From NCBI RefSeq assembly GCF_003991155.1, contig NZ_CP031293.1: a stretch of 64,000 nt of DNA; one strand, given 5' to 3'. The DNA comes from Escherichia coli (GTDB lineage Bacteria > Pseudomonadota > Gammaproteobacteria > Enterobacterales > Enterobacteriaceae). The notes under the pieces are model-generated. The model saw only the letters and a program-made list of their open reading frames with translations, made no database searches and was not told the DNA's origin. Numbering within the stretch: position 1 is the first letter of the stretch; each line of letters begins with the position of its first letter. Made by a program: the position numbers and the translations under genes. Shown piece by piece: positions 46,290 through 54,716 of the stretch.

Positions 46290-47243
46290 ATGCGGGCGAA
46301 ACTTCTGGGAATAGTCCTGACAACCCCTATTGCGATCAGCTCTTTTGCTTCTACCGAGACTATATCGTTTACTCCTGACAACATAAATGCGGGCATTAGT
46401 CTTGGAACTCTGAGCGGAAAAACAAAAGAGCGCGTTTATCTAGCTGAAGAAGGAGGCCGAAAAGTCAGTCAACTCGACTGGAAATTCAATAACGCTGCAA
46501 TTATTAAAGGTGCAATTAATTGGGATTTGATGCCCCAGATATCTATTGGGGCTGCGGGCTGGACTACTCTCGGCAGCCGAGGTGGCAATATGGTCGATCA
46601 GGACTGGATGGATTCCAGTAACCCCGGAACCTGGACAGATGAAAGTAGGCACCCTGATACACAACTCAATTATGCCAACGAATTTGATCTGAATATCAAA
46701 GGCTGGCTCCTCAACGAACCCAATTACCGCCTGGGACTCATGGCCGGATATCAGGAAAGCCGTTATAGCTTTACAGCCAGAGGTGGTTCCTATATCTACA
46801 GTTCTGAGGAGGGATTCAGAGATGATATCGGCTCCTTCCCGAATGGAGAAAGAGCAATCGGCTACAAACAACGTTTTAAAATGCCCTACATTGGCTTGAC
46901 TGGAAGTTATCGTTATGAAGATTTTGAGCTAGGTGGCACATTTAAATACAGCGGCTGGGTGGAAGCATCTGATAACGATGAGCACTATGACCCAGGAAAA
47001 AGAATCACTTATCGCAGTAAAGTCAAAGACCAAAATTACTATTCTGTTGCAGTCAATGCAGGTTATTACGTAACACCTAACGCAAAAGTTTATGTTGAAG
47101 GCGCATGGAATCGGGTTACGAATAAAAAAGGTAATACTTCACTTTATGATCACAATGATAACACTTCAGACTACAGCAAAAATGGTGCAGGCATAGAAAA
47201 CTATAACTTCATCACTACTGCTGGTCTTAAGTACACCTTTTAA
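46290..47243 (+). CDS. ompT: Outer membrane protease OmpT (omptin)
   Basis: 317-aa ORF recognised as OmpT; AT-rich upstream region. Confidence 0.93.
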   Translation: MRAKLLGIVLTTPIAISSFASTETISFTPDNINAGISLGTLSGKTKERVYLAEEGGRKVSQLDWKFNNAAIIKGAINWDLMPQISIGAAGWTTLGSRGGNMVDQDWMDSSNPGTWTDESRHPDTQLNYANEFDLNIKGWLLNEPNYRLGLMAGYQESRYSFTARGGSYIYSSEEGFRDDIGSFPNGERAIGYKQRFKMPYIGLTGSYRYEDFELGGTFKYSGWVEASDNDEHYDPGKRITYRSKVKDQNYYSVAVNAGYYVTPNAKVYVEGAWNRVTNKKGNTSLYDHNDNTSDYSKNGAGIENYNFITTAGLKYTF

Positions 47244-47263
47244 CGAAGTTAACCAGATTTTCT

Positions 47264-47290
47264 CCCCGGTGGTATTGTATAACCCCGGGG
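47264..47290 (+). terminator. Hairpin terminator after ompT
   Basis: ccccgg / ccgggg stem followed by a T-rich tract. Confidence 0.55.
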
Positions 47291-47429
47291 AATTTGTTTA
47301 CAGTTACAAGTAGACAATATCCACTAATTTTGTAAGCATTTAACCTATGTCATAACGTGTAATCTCTTACCGCAACACAAGACCTCAATATATTCAAATC
47401 TTATCTTTATTCCGATATTCAGAGACACA

Positions 47430-48914
47430 ATGCGAAAAATAATTACTCATTTCAAAGTTGTTTTAACGTTACTTCTACCAGTAACCGTATCTGCCCAGCA
47501 GATACAGTGGCAATCCTGTATGGCCAGTCAATTCAACCACTGGTTTGGTGAGGAAAAACCGTCTCCTGACTTACTATGTGGTTATTTGTCTGTTCCATTA
47601 AAATATACAGACACAGGCGGAGATGCTTCTTATGAAAAAAAATCACAAGTCAAACTAGCGTTGACAAAATTGCCGGCAAAAAGCAAGCATAAAGGAAGTA
47701 TCCTGATAATAAGTGGTGGTCCCGGGTTACCAGGCATAAATCCTTATATTAACTTTGACTGGCCAGTCACAAATCTTCGTGAGTCATGGGATATTATTGG
47801 ATTTGATCCTCGAGGCGTCGGACAGTCCACTCCGACAATAAACTGCCGGCAATCAGATACAGAGACTCAGGAAAACATAACCGAAAAGCAACAAGTATTA
47901 AATAAAATTAATGCCTGTATCCATAATACCGGAGCCGAAGTCATTCGCCATATCGGCTCTAACGAGGCTGTATACGATATTGATCGTATTAGGCAAGCCT
48001 TGGGGGATAAACAACTGACAGCCGTGGCGTATTCGTATGGAACTCAAATTGCAGCCTTATATGCAGAACGTTTTCCCTACAACGTAAGATCTATCGTTCT
48101 TGATGGAGTCGTCGATATCGATGACCTGGAGGACAACTTCACATGGCAACTCAAACAGGCACAGAGTTATCAGGAAACGTTTGATCGCTTTGCATCCTGG
48201 TGTGCGCGTACAAAAAGTTGCCCGCTTTCTTCAGACAGAGATAAGGCAATAACTCAGTTCCATGAGCTATTATCAAAATTACATCACAAACCTTTATTAG
48301 ACAGTAAGGGAGAAAATATATCTTCAGATGAACTCATATCATTAACAACAGACCTTCTGCTATGGCGTTCATCATGGCCAACCCTTGCAACTGCCATACG
48401 CCAGTTCTCTCAGGGGATTGTCAGTAATGAAATTGAAACTGCGCTCAGTGCTCCGATAGCCTCAGAAGAGTCAAGCGATGCTTCGGGGGTAATCCTCTGT
48501 GTAGATCAGGGGGATGAGCAATTAACACCAGAAGAGCGAAAATCCCGAAAAGACGCTCTTGCGAATGCCTTCCCGGCTATTAACTTTGACAATGGACGTT
48601 CCGATTCACCTGATTTTTGTGAATTATGGCCAATACATAGCGACCTGAACAAAACTCGCCTGAAAAATACTGTTCTGCCCTCTGGTTTACTGTTTGTAGC
48701 ACACAAATACGACCCAACAACGCCCTGGATTAATGCCCGTAAGATGGCAGAGAAATTTTCCAGCCCGTTACTAACAATAAATGGTGATGGGCATACATTA
48801 GCTCTCACCGGAGTTAATTTATGTGTAGATAAAGCAGTTGTACATCACCTGATCACTCCACAAAAAATAGAAAATATATACTGCCCAGGAAATTCTGAAG
48901 CAGAAATACAATAA
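47430..48914 (+). CDS. Putative secreted alpha/beta-hydrolase, S33 / TAP-like peptidase family
   Basis: 494-aa ORF with signal peptide (MRKIITHFKVVLTLLLPVTVSA), nucleophile-elbow-like YSYGT and a TAP-type C-terminal region (KYDPTTPW); occupies the K-12 appY position. Confidence 0.7.
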   Translation: MRKIITHFKVVLTLLLPVTVSAQQIQWQSCMASQFNHWFGEEKPSPDLLCGYLSVPLKYTDTGGDASYEKKSQVKLALTKLPAKSKHKGSILIISGGPGLPGINPYINFDWPVTNLRESWDIIGFDPRGVGQSTPTINCRQSDTETQENITEKQQVLNKINACIHNTGAEVIRHIGSNEAVYDIDRIRQALGDKQLTAVAYSYGTQIAALYAERFPYNVRSIVLDGVVDIDDLEDNFTWQLKQAQSYQETFDRFASWCARTKSCPLSSDRDKAITQFHELLSKLHHKPLLDSKGENISSDELISLTTDLLLWRSSWPTLATAIRQFSQGIVSNEIETALSAPIASEESSDASGVILCVDQGDEQLTPEERKSRKDALANAFPAINFDNGRSDSPDFCELWPIHSDLNKTRLKNTVLPSGLLFVAHKYDPTTPWINARKMAEKFSSPLLTINGDGHTLALTGVNLCVDKAVVHHLITPQKIENIYCPGNSEAEIQ

Positions 48915-48935
48915 TTTCAAAATATTCCGCTATTT

Positions 48936-48969
48936 GCTCCCAATGCAAAACATATATTGCATTGGGAGC
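48936..48969 (+). terminator. Rho-independent terminator after the hydrolase gene
   Basis: 13-bp perfect stem gctcccaatgcaa / ttgcattgggagc followed by a T-rich run. Confidence 0.65.
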
Positions 48970-49177
48970 ATATTCATATTTTTGTTATTCTTGTATGAAA
49001 TCGTCTCATGTACACGGTCCTTTTTTCGCCGAAAACTGATATTACTTTAATCAAAAGTTGACGTGCCAGATTCGAAGTAAATTTATAAAATATCAAATCA
49101 ATATACATTTTGCACCTTCGAGATAGTAATTGCTGTTACTGTAACATGAGTTACAAACAGCTTCATACCCAGAGCTA

Positions 49178-49396
49178 CTGATGTATCAACACGATTCAAC
49201 AATACCCGATATTTATTCCATGCCTCCAGCAACGATCTTTCTTCCTCCGTTGCGATTTCCCAGCATCCTGCAGTGGCGCAATATACTCACTGAATTCCTG
49301 GATGTAGAACTGTGTGGTGACGGTCTTCCAGCCATTCGGCTCCTGCTGTATCGAAGCATACCAGGCTATTTCAATATCGCTATGCTGCGGCAGCAT
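49178..49396 (-). pseudogene. Tail fibre assembly gene remnant (tfaX-like), frameshifted
   Basis: EYIAPLQDA matches the lambda Tfa C-terminal region as recalled; the rest of the Tfa C-terminus ([27 protein letters not shown]) is in another frame. Confidence 0.6.
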
Positions 49397-49452
49397 TTAA
49401 CCCCTTGTAATTCATCGCCATAATTGATTTAATTCACAAATAAAACTATAAC

Positions 49453-50121
49453 ATGGTGAAATTAATGAAAAAAAACACAGATGATGGGGCTAAAATTTAC
49501 ACACCACTTACCCTAAAGCTTTATGACTGGTGGGTTTTGGGAGTATCAAATCGGCTTGCATGGGGATGTCCTACAAAGGAACACCTTCTTCCACACTTTC
49601 TGGAACATTTAGGTAACAACCATCTGGATATTGGTGTTGGAACTGGGTTTTACCTTACTCACGTACCTGAGAGCAGTCTGATATCTTTAATGGATTTGAA
49701 CGAAGCTAGCCTGAACGCGGCATCTACAAGGGCTGGGGAATCAAAAATTAAACATAAAATTAGCCATGATGTTTTTGAACCTTATCCCGCGGCGTTACAT
49801 GGTCAATTTGATTCCATTTCCATGTTTTACCTTCTTCACTGCCTGCCTGGAAATATATCTACAAAAAGCTGTGTAATACGCAATGCGGCGCAGGCCTTAA
49901 CTGACGATGGAACTCTATACGGAGCCACAATTCTTGGCGATGGAGTTGTGCACAATAGCTTCGGTCAAAAACTGATGCGCATTTACAATCAGAAAGGCAT
50001 CTTTTCAAACACAAAAGATTCCGAAGAAGGCTTAACACATATACTCTCAGAGCATTTCGAGAATGTTAAAACCAAGGTTCAAGGTACTGTAGTAATGTTT
50101 TCCGCTTCAGGGAAAAAATAG
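49453..50121 (+). CDS. Class I SAM-dependent methyltransferase (ybcY-like prophage cargo), apparently intact
   Basis: 222-aa ORF with SAM motif I (LDIGVGTGF); sits between tfa remnants as ybcY does in K-12 DLP12. Confidence 0.75.
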   Translation: MVKLMKKNTDDGAKIYTPLTLKLYDWWVLGVSNRLAWGCPTKEHLLPHFLEHLGNNHLDIGVGTGFYLTHVPESSLISLMDLNEASLNAASTRAGESKIKHKISHDVFEPYPAALHGQFDSISMFYLLHCLPGNISTKSCVIRNAAQALTDDGTLYGATILGDGVVHNSFGQKLMRIYNQKGIFSNTKDSEEGLTHILSEHFENVKTKVQGTVVMFSASGKK

Positions 50122-50175
50122 CATCCAACCGCAGCACGTTCTTGCTTAAGACGTGCTGCGGCATAATCCCAATGA

Positions 50176-50300
50176 TTACTCCCTGACAGGGTTCGTAGGC
50201 CACTCAATATCAGGTGCAGTTGATGTATCAACACGGTTCAGCAACACCCGATACTTCTTCCAGGCTTCCAGCAACGAGGTTTCTTCCTCCGTTGCATATA
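50176..50300 (-). pseudogene. Tail fibre assembly gene 3' remnant (tfaD-like)
   Basis: Translates to [33 protein letters not shown] (Tfa C-terminus) with stops immediately upstream in frame. Confidence 0.6.
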
Positions 50301-50313
50301 CAGCTCACTTTTT

Positions 50314-50607
50314 TCACCCACGATTAACCAACAGCCAGACCAGCAGACACGCCACCACCGGCACAGCAAAATCCATCAGACTTGCTACATCCCACGCGCG
50401 CGGATCAAAACCGCCCCACCACGGCATATTCATTCGCTTGCCATGCCCGAACATTTCAATCCAGCGATATTCTGCCTGGGTGTGTTCACGCGCAATGAAG
50501 AACGTACAACCGGCTATCGCCCCGTAAACCCAGTTTCCGGTAAAAAGACCAATCAGTACCTGCGCAGCCACAGCACAAAGCGCATGAAGAAAAGGTGTTA
50601 TATCCAT
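50314..50607 (-). CDS. Hypothetical small membrane protein (97 aa), prophage tail-fibre region
   Basis: Track ORF with two or three hydrophobic helices, tightly packed after the 234-aa gene; no family recognised. Confidence 0.5.
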   Translation of the reverse strand: MDITPFLHALCAVAAQVLIGLFTGNWVYGAIAGCTFFIAREHTQAEYRWIEMFGHGKRMNMPWWGGFDPRAWDVASLMDFAVPVVACLLVWLLVNRG

Positions 50608-50617
50608 TACTCCTCCT

Positions 50618-51322
50618 TTATCTAATATCGCTTCGGGAAGTTAATAACAACTTTAATTCTGACTCAAGTTCATCAACTCTTTCAGTCAGTTTCTGGATAT
50701 GGTGAATCAGTGGAACAACCAGACGTTCGTACATTACACCTTCGGCAACAAGGCCATTGCTGGAAATAGCTTCAGGAGCATCATCTTCGTTAGCTGGTCG
50801 CCAGTGTACAAACTGAGGAGCAATTTCTCCTACTTCCTCGGCAATCAATCCGTAGAATCCCCAGTCACGCCTGTCATTTTCGCATTGCGACCTGTACCAC
50901 ACAGGGCGCATCCTGAAAATGAGATCGGCGTGCTCTGAATCTATTGTCTCTACTGAATGTTTATAGCGGATAGACGATGTTGACCGCAGCACAGACGAAA
51001 TTGCAGGGTCAGGATTAAGATAAAGGTTTGCCGCCGCTGTAGTCGTGGCCAAATTCCATAAATAAAACGCTTCACGACCTGTCAGTGGATAAAAATCTCC
51101 GCCATAACGACCACTTTCCAGATCGTTCACTTCCACTTTGTTTTTCAGCTTATTATCAACTTCAGTTTTTGTGTATCTGGAGCTGATATCCTGCTTTGCA
51201 CTGGTCATCTCAGTCTGAAGCGTTGATACTTTTCTGCTAATTGATGAAATATCTTCCTTAGCTTTACTGACATCTCCCTTTAGCTTGGTGATATCTCCTG
51301 GAATTACTGTCGATGTAGCCAT
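50618..51322 (-). CDS. Hypothetical fibre-like protein with a C-terminal S74-type intramolecular chaperone-like domain
   Basis: 234-aa ORF; motif SSIRYK then MRPVWYRS and GLIAEEVGEIAPQFV resembles the self-cleaving chaperone domain of phage fibres and spikes. Confidence 0.55.
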   Translation of the reverse strand: MATSTVIPGDITKLKGDVSKAKEDISSISRKVSTLQTEMTSAKQDISSRYTKTEVDNKLKNKVEVNDLESGRYGGDFYPLTGREAFYLWNLATTTAAANLYLNPDPAISSVLRSTSSIRYKHSVETIDSEHADLIFRMRPVWYRSQCENDRRDWGFYGLIAEEVGEIAPQFVHWRPANEDDAPEAISSNGLVAEGVMYERLVVPLIHHIQKLTERVDELESELKLLLTSRSDIR

Positions 51323-51331
51323 TTTTCTGCC

Positions 51332-51613
51332 TCACATCCAGCCACGAAGTTGATGCTCAACAACAACCGCGTATTTATCGAATATTGACGATTTTTTTGC
51401 ATCATTAATGATGCGCACGTTTACAAAATATCCATCTTCCTTAACACATACCGGTTCGCCATCTTCAGTCAGCTCTCCGGTTTCTTTGTACACGTTACCT
51501 ATCACGTCAATAAGAATATCATCCTGCATCGACTCGTCATCATAATAACCAGCACTCTCCATAAAGGTCGAAAAGTCGGCCCTGTCGGCAAATTTGAGTG
51601 TTAAATCTTTCAT
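51332..51613 (-). CDS. Hypothetical small acidic protein (93 aa), coupled to stf
   Basis: Start codon overlaps the stf stop at 51613; Asp/Glu-rich; no family recognised. Confidence 0.5.
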   Translation of the reverse strand: MKDLTLKFADRADFSTFMESAGYYDDESMQDDILIDVIGNVYKETGELTEDGEPVCVKEDGYFVNVRIINDAKKSSIFDKYAVVVEHQLRGWM

Positions 51614-53985
51614 TAGATTGACTCCCCCACCTGAGCATCAGTCAATGCCTTGTGCCATATTCTGAAATTCCTGACATGACCAAATAAATGACGTAACCCG
51701 GCTGTAGTCTGGCCTCCAATACGGATAATTGCGGTGTTCTGAATATAGGACCATGTGGTTTTTGTTTCGCTGGATATACGCCCGTTACTTACTGAGCACG
51801 TAGACTGATCTGACTTTACACGCATCCCCATAACCATTTTTTCAAGCAATGCGTTTTCGTTTACCCGTCTGTTAGCTCCTCCAATATCGCAATAAGGAAA
51901 TCCGTCGTAATCTGTTGAATGACCGAAGCCAAGAATAATAGCCGCTCCGGTTTGATGACCGCCGGTATCAAAAACACGCGGTGCTGCATTTGGCGTTTTA
52001 TACCAGTTCTTATGTACCTCACAAAGAACCGTAAAAGGAAGATTATAAAGGTTATTCTTGATTGGGACTGTCACCATATCGCTTGCGCGGGTCGCTGCCG
52101 TCGTTTCTGATATAATAAAAGATGATGCGCAAGGGCCATTTTCAACCTGAGGGGTGGACAGGAAAATATAATCTCCCGATTCAACGACACCACCTTCTTT
52201 TGGTGCGTATTGTATTGCCGAGGTTATGCAGGACTCGTCAATTGCCTGAATCGTTGCCTCTGCAAAAATCCAGCCCGTAACCTCATCCTTGTTAACTCGA
52301 GCAGTGAGCCTGTCGGCAGCTACACCGGTGATTTCAACCGATAAAGACCGCGTATTAACAATGGCATATCCAAGATTAGATGAAGCGCTGCCATCGAAGG
52401 CTTCAAACCTGATCCTTAACCGGAGTTCCAAATCCGTTTTAAATCTGCACGATGTCGTCACACACTTATTATCGCCTGATACATCGACAGCCCCGGTTAC
52501 TGTAACTGACGCCATGTTAACAGGAGAGGTTTTCCCAATCAGAGAATCGTTACAGACAAATTTTCCATAAGTAAAACCAAAACTATCCGTCCCGGTTTCG
52601 GGCACATCCATATTTACCGACTTGCCCCAACTGGCAGGGGTTTCCGAATTGAGCATGTAGTTCGTTCTCTGACCCTCAATAAGCAGGCCATCACGTTCAA
52701 ATCGTGGCTCGTCAATGGCAGCCTCTGTCAGCACACCAGATTTATTAATATAGGTTGCTTTCGATGCGCGTTTAAACTTTACAACCTTATCGCCAGGCAT
52801 CGTTATTTCATCATCACCAATAACAATCTTTTTATATGATGGCGAAAACCCCGTAATCATATCCAGTGAATCGTTAAACGGTATCCACACATCAGGCAGT
52901 GGCTGTAAGACATATTTATACGGCTCTGCTGCCTGACTTGCATACTCTCTGGCTGCGTCTTCACTTGCTTTTGCAGCGGTCTGGCTTGCAGCGGATGCTT
53001 TCGCCGAGTTCGCCGCTGCAGTCTCGCTTGTCTTTGCATTGGTTTCACTGGTTTTTGCTGCTTTTTGACTGTTGGCTGATGCAGTGGCAGAAGCAGCCGC
53101 CGCACTTGCAGAACCAGCTGCGGCACTCTCGCTTTGGGCTGCTGCATCCTGACTGTTTTTCGCCGCAGTTTCGCTGGCTTTAGCATTCGTTTCGCTGGTC
53201 TTCGCTGCCGTCTGGCTGGACTTTGCGTTGGTTTCGCTCGTCTTCGCTGCTTTCTGACTGTTAGCCGCAGCAGTTGCTGATCCAGCTGCTGAAGTCGCAG
53301 AACCGGCTGCTGCGCTCTCGCTTTCAGCTGCTGCAGCCTGGCTGTTTTTCGCCGCAGTTTCACTGGCTTTAGCATTCGTTTCGCTGGTCTTCGCTGCCGT
53401 CTGGCTTGACTTTGCGTTGGTTTCGCTCGTCTTTGCTGCTGTCTCGCTATTTTTCGCGTTGGTTTCTGATTTTTTGGCTGCTGTCGCGGAATTTGCCGAT
53501 GCAGTCTGTGAGGTCGCTGCCGCCTGTGCGCTGTTAGCTGCATTCGTTTCTGAGGTTTTCGCCGCGTTCTTCGATGATGCCGCTGCAGTTTCGGATTTCT
53601 TTGCCGCCGCTGCGCTCTGAGAGGCGGCTTCGGCGTTGCGTGCCACTTCTTCCACCATTGCCTCAAAACGACGCAATGCCTCCGGCATGACATCATCTTC
53701 CGTCATGGCACCGAGAAAATCATTCAGCGTACCTGGTCTGGAGCCTTCATAGACGGTAATGGTCCCAGCATGTGAAGGCGGAAAACCTTCAACCAGCAGG
53801 GTGACGCTGTACTGGCCATACTCAACATCCATGCTGTAACGTCCGGCTTCATCCGGATTTTCAGAAGCCACCGTGTTCACCAGTACCGTGGTGCTGTTAC
53901 GCTTTGCCTTCAGTTGAATAGTGCAGTTCTGTATTGGTTTTCCCGCACCATCTTTCAGCACACCTGAGATTTTTACTGCTGCCAT
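51613..53985 (-). CDS. stf: Side tail fibre protein Stf (lambda-like N-terminus, repeat region, distinct distal domain)
   Basis: N-terminus MAAVKISGVLKDGAGKPIQNCTIQLKAKRNSTTV matches lambda Stf as recalled; Ala/Ser/Thr-rich AAKTSETNAK repeats in the middle. Confidence 0.85.
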   Translation of the reverse strand: MAAVKISGVLKDGAGKPIQNCTIQLKAKRNSTTVLVNTVASENPDEAGRYSMDVEYGQYSVTLLVEGFPPSHAGTITVYEGSRPGTLNDFLGAMTEDDVMPEALRRFEAMVEEVARNAEAASQSAAAAKKSETAAASSKNAAKTSETNAANSAQAAATSQTASANSATAAKKSETNAKNSETAAKTSETNAKSSQTAAKTSETNAKASETAAKNSQAAAAESESAAAGSATSAAGSATAAANSQKAAKTSETNAKSSQTAAKTSETNAKASETAAKNSQDAAAQSESAAAGSASAAAASATASANSQKAAKTSETNAKTSETAAANSAKASAASQTAAKASEDAAREYASQAAEPYKYVLQPLPDVWIPFNDSLDMITGFSPSYKKIVIGDDEITMPGDKVVKFKRASKATYINKSGVLTEAAIDEPRFERDGLLIEGQRTNYMLNSETPASWGKSVNMDVPETGTDSFGFTYGKFVCNDSLIGKTSPVNMASVTVTGAVDVSGDNKCVTTSCRFKTDLELRLRIRFEAFDGSASSNLGYAIVNTRSLSVEITGVAADRLTARVNKDEVTGWIFAEATIQAIDESCITSAIQYAPKEGGVVESGDYIFLSTPQVENGPCASSFIISETTAATRASDMVTVPIKNNLYNLPFTVLCEVHKNWYKTPNAAPRVFDTGGHQTGAAIILGFGHSTDYDGFPYCDIGGANRRVNENALLEKMVMGMRVKSDQSTCSVSNGRISSETKTTWSYIQNTAIIRIGGQTTAGLRHLFGHVRNFRIWHKALTDAQVGESI

Positions 53986-54049
53986 ATCCACTCCACAAAA
54001 AAGCCCGCCTGAACCGGCGGGCTGTCATAACACTGTGTTACCTGGCTAA

Positions 54050-54649
54050 TCAGAATTTATAACCGACACCCACGATGAAACCGTCAGTGCGCCAGTCGCC
54101 ACTGCCGGAGCCTTCATAAGCAATATCAATGGCCACGGATTCGGTCGGGTTAAACTGCACGCCAGCTCCCCACGCCAGAGACGTGTTGCTGTGGCGATCG
54201 TCATCACTTCCGGTCAGCACATCGTGCGTTTTCCCCTTGTTGTCAGTTACGCGGAGATAATCCCCGGAGAACGTCGAAACACGGCTGTAAGCCACACCTG
54301 CCATCGCATAAGCACTGAACCATTCATTCACGCGTACAGATGGCCCCGCCATCATGCTGAACCAGCGGTTACGCACTGAATCTTCATGCCAGCGGGTATC
54401 GCTGTAATGCGTTTTTTGCTCATCTTTGGCATTGGCATAACTGAATGACGTCACCAGCCCCAGCGTGTCCGTAAATTCATAACGGTATTTCACGTTAATG
54501 CCCTTCAGGTCATCACTGCCTGGCATATCAGTATGGGTCTGAAGATACCCGGCGCTTAGTGTGGACTGATGCTCTGCTGCGCTCGCTGGCGTACCAGCGG
54601 CAACCAGCCAGACTACTGCGGACAGAATAACAGCACATAATTTACGCAT
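54050..54649 (-). CDS. lom: Lom-family outer membrane protein (Ail/Lom/OmpX family)
   Basis: Track ORF trimmed to MRKLCAVILSAVV; lies between J and stf as in lambda; C-terminal GVGYKF. Confidence 0.88.
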   Translation of the reverse strand: MRKLCAVILSAVVWLVAAGTPASAAEHQSTLSAGYLQTHTDMPGSDDLKGINVKYRYEFTDTLGLVTSFSYANAKDEQKTHYSDTRWHEDSVRNRWFSMMAGPSVRVNEWFSAYAMAGVAYSRVSTFSGDYLRVTDNKGKTHDVLTGSDDDRHSNTSLAWGAGVQFNPTESVAIDIAYEGSGSGDWRTDGFIVGVGYKF

Positions 54650-54716
54650 AATTACCTCTCGCTTTTCTGCAATAAAAAAGGCGTCATTTCTGACGCCCAT
54701 ATTGGGGTTATAAAAT

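Noticed and set aside
49181-49423. 80-aa plus-strand ORF between the hydrolase and the methyltransferase
   Set aside because: It is the antisense reading of the tfa remnant region and is better explained by the tfa pseudogene.
50153-50527. 124-aa plus-strand ORF after the methyltransferase
   Set aside because: Overlaps the tfa 3' remnant and the 97-aa membrane gene on the opposite strand; Ser/Thr-rich low complexity.
52900-53600. Possible CRISPR-like repeat array
   Set aside because: The repeats are long, imperfect, lie in frame inside stf and have no short unique spacers or adjacent cas genes.
52857-53696. 279-aa Arg/Gln-rich minus-strand ORF
   Set aside because: It lies entirely within stf in another frame and is produced by the tandem repeats; low-complexity composition.
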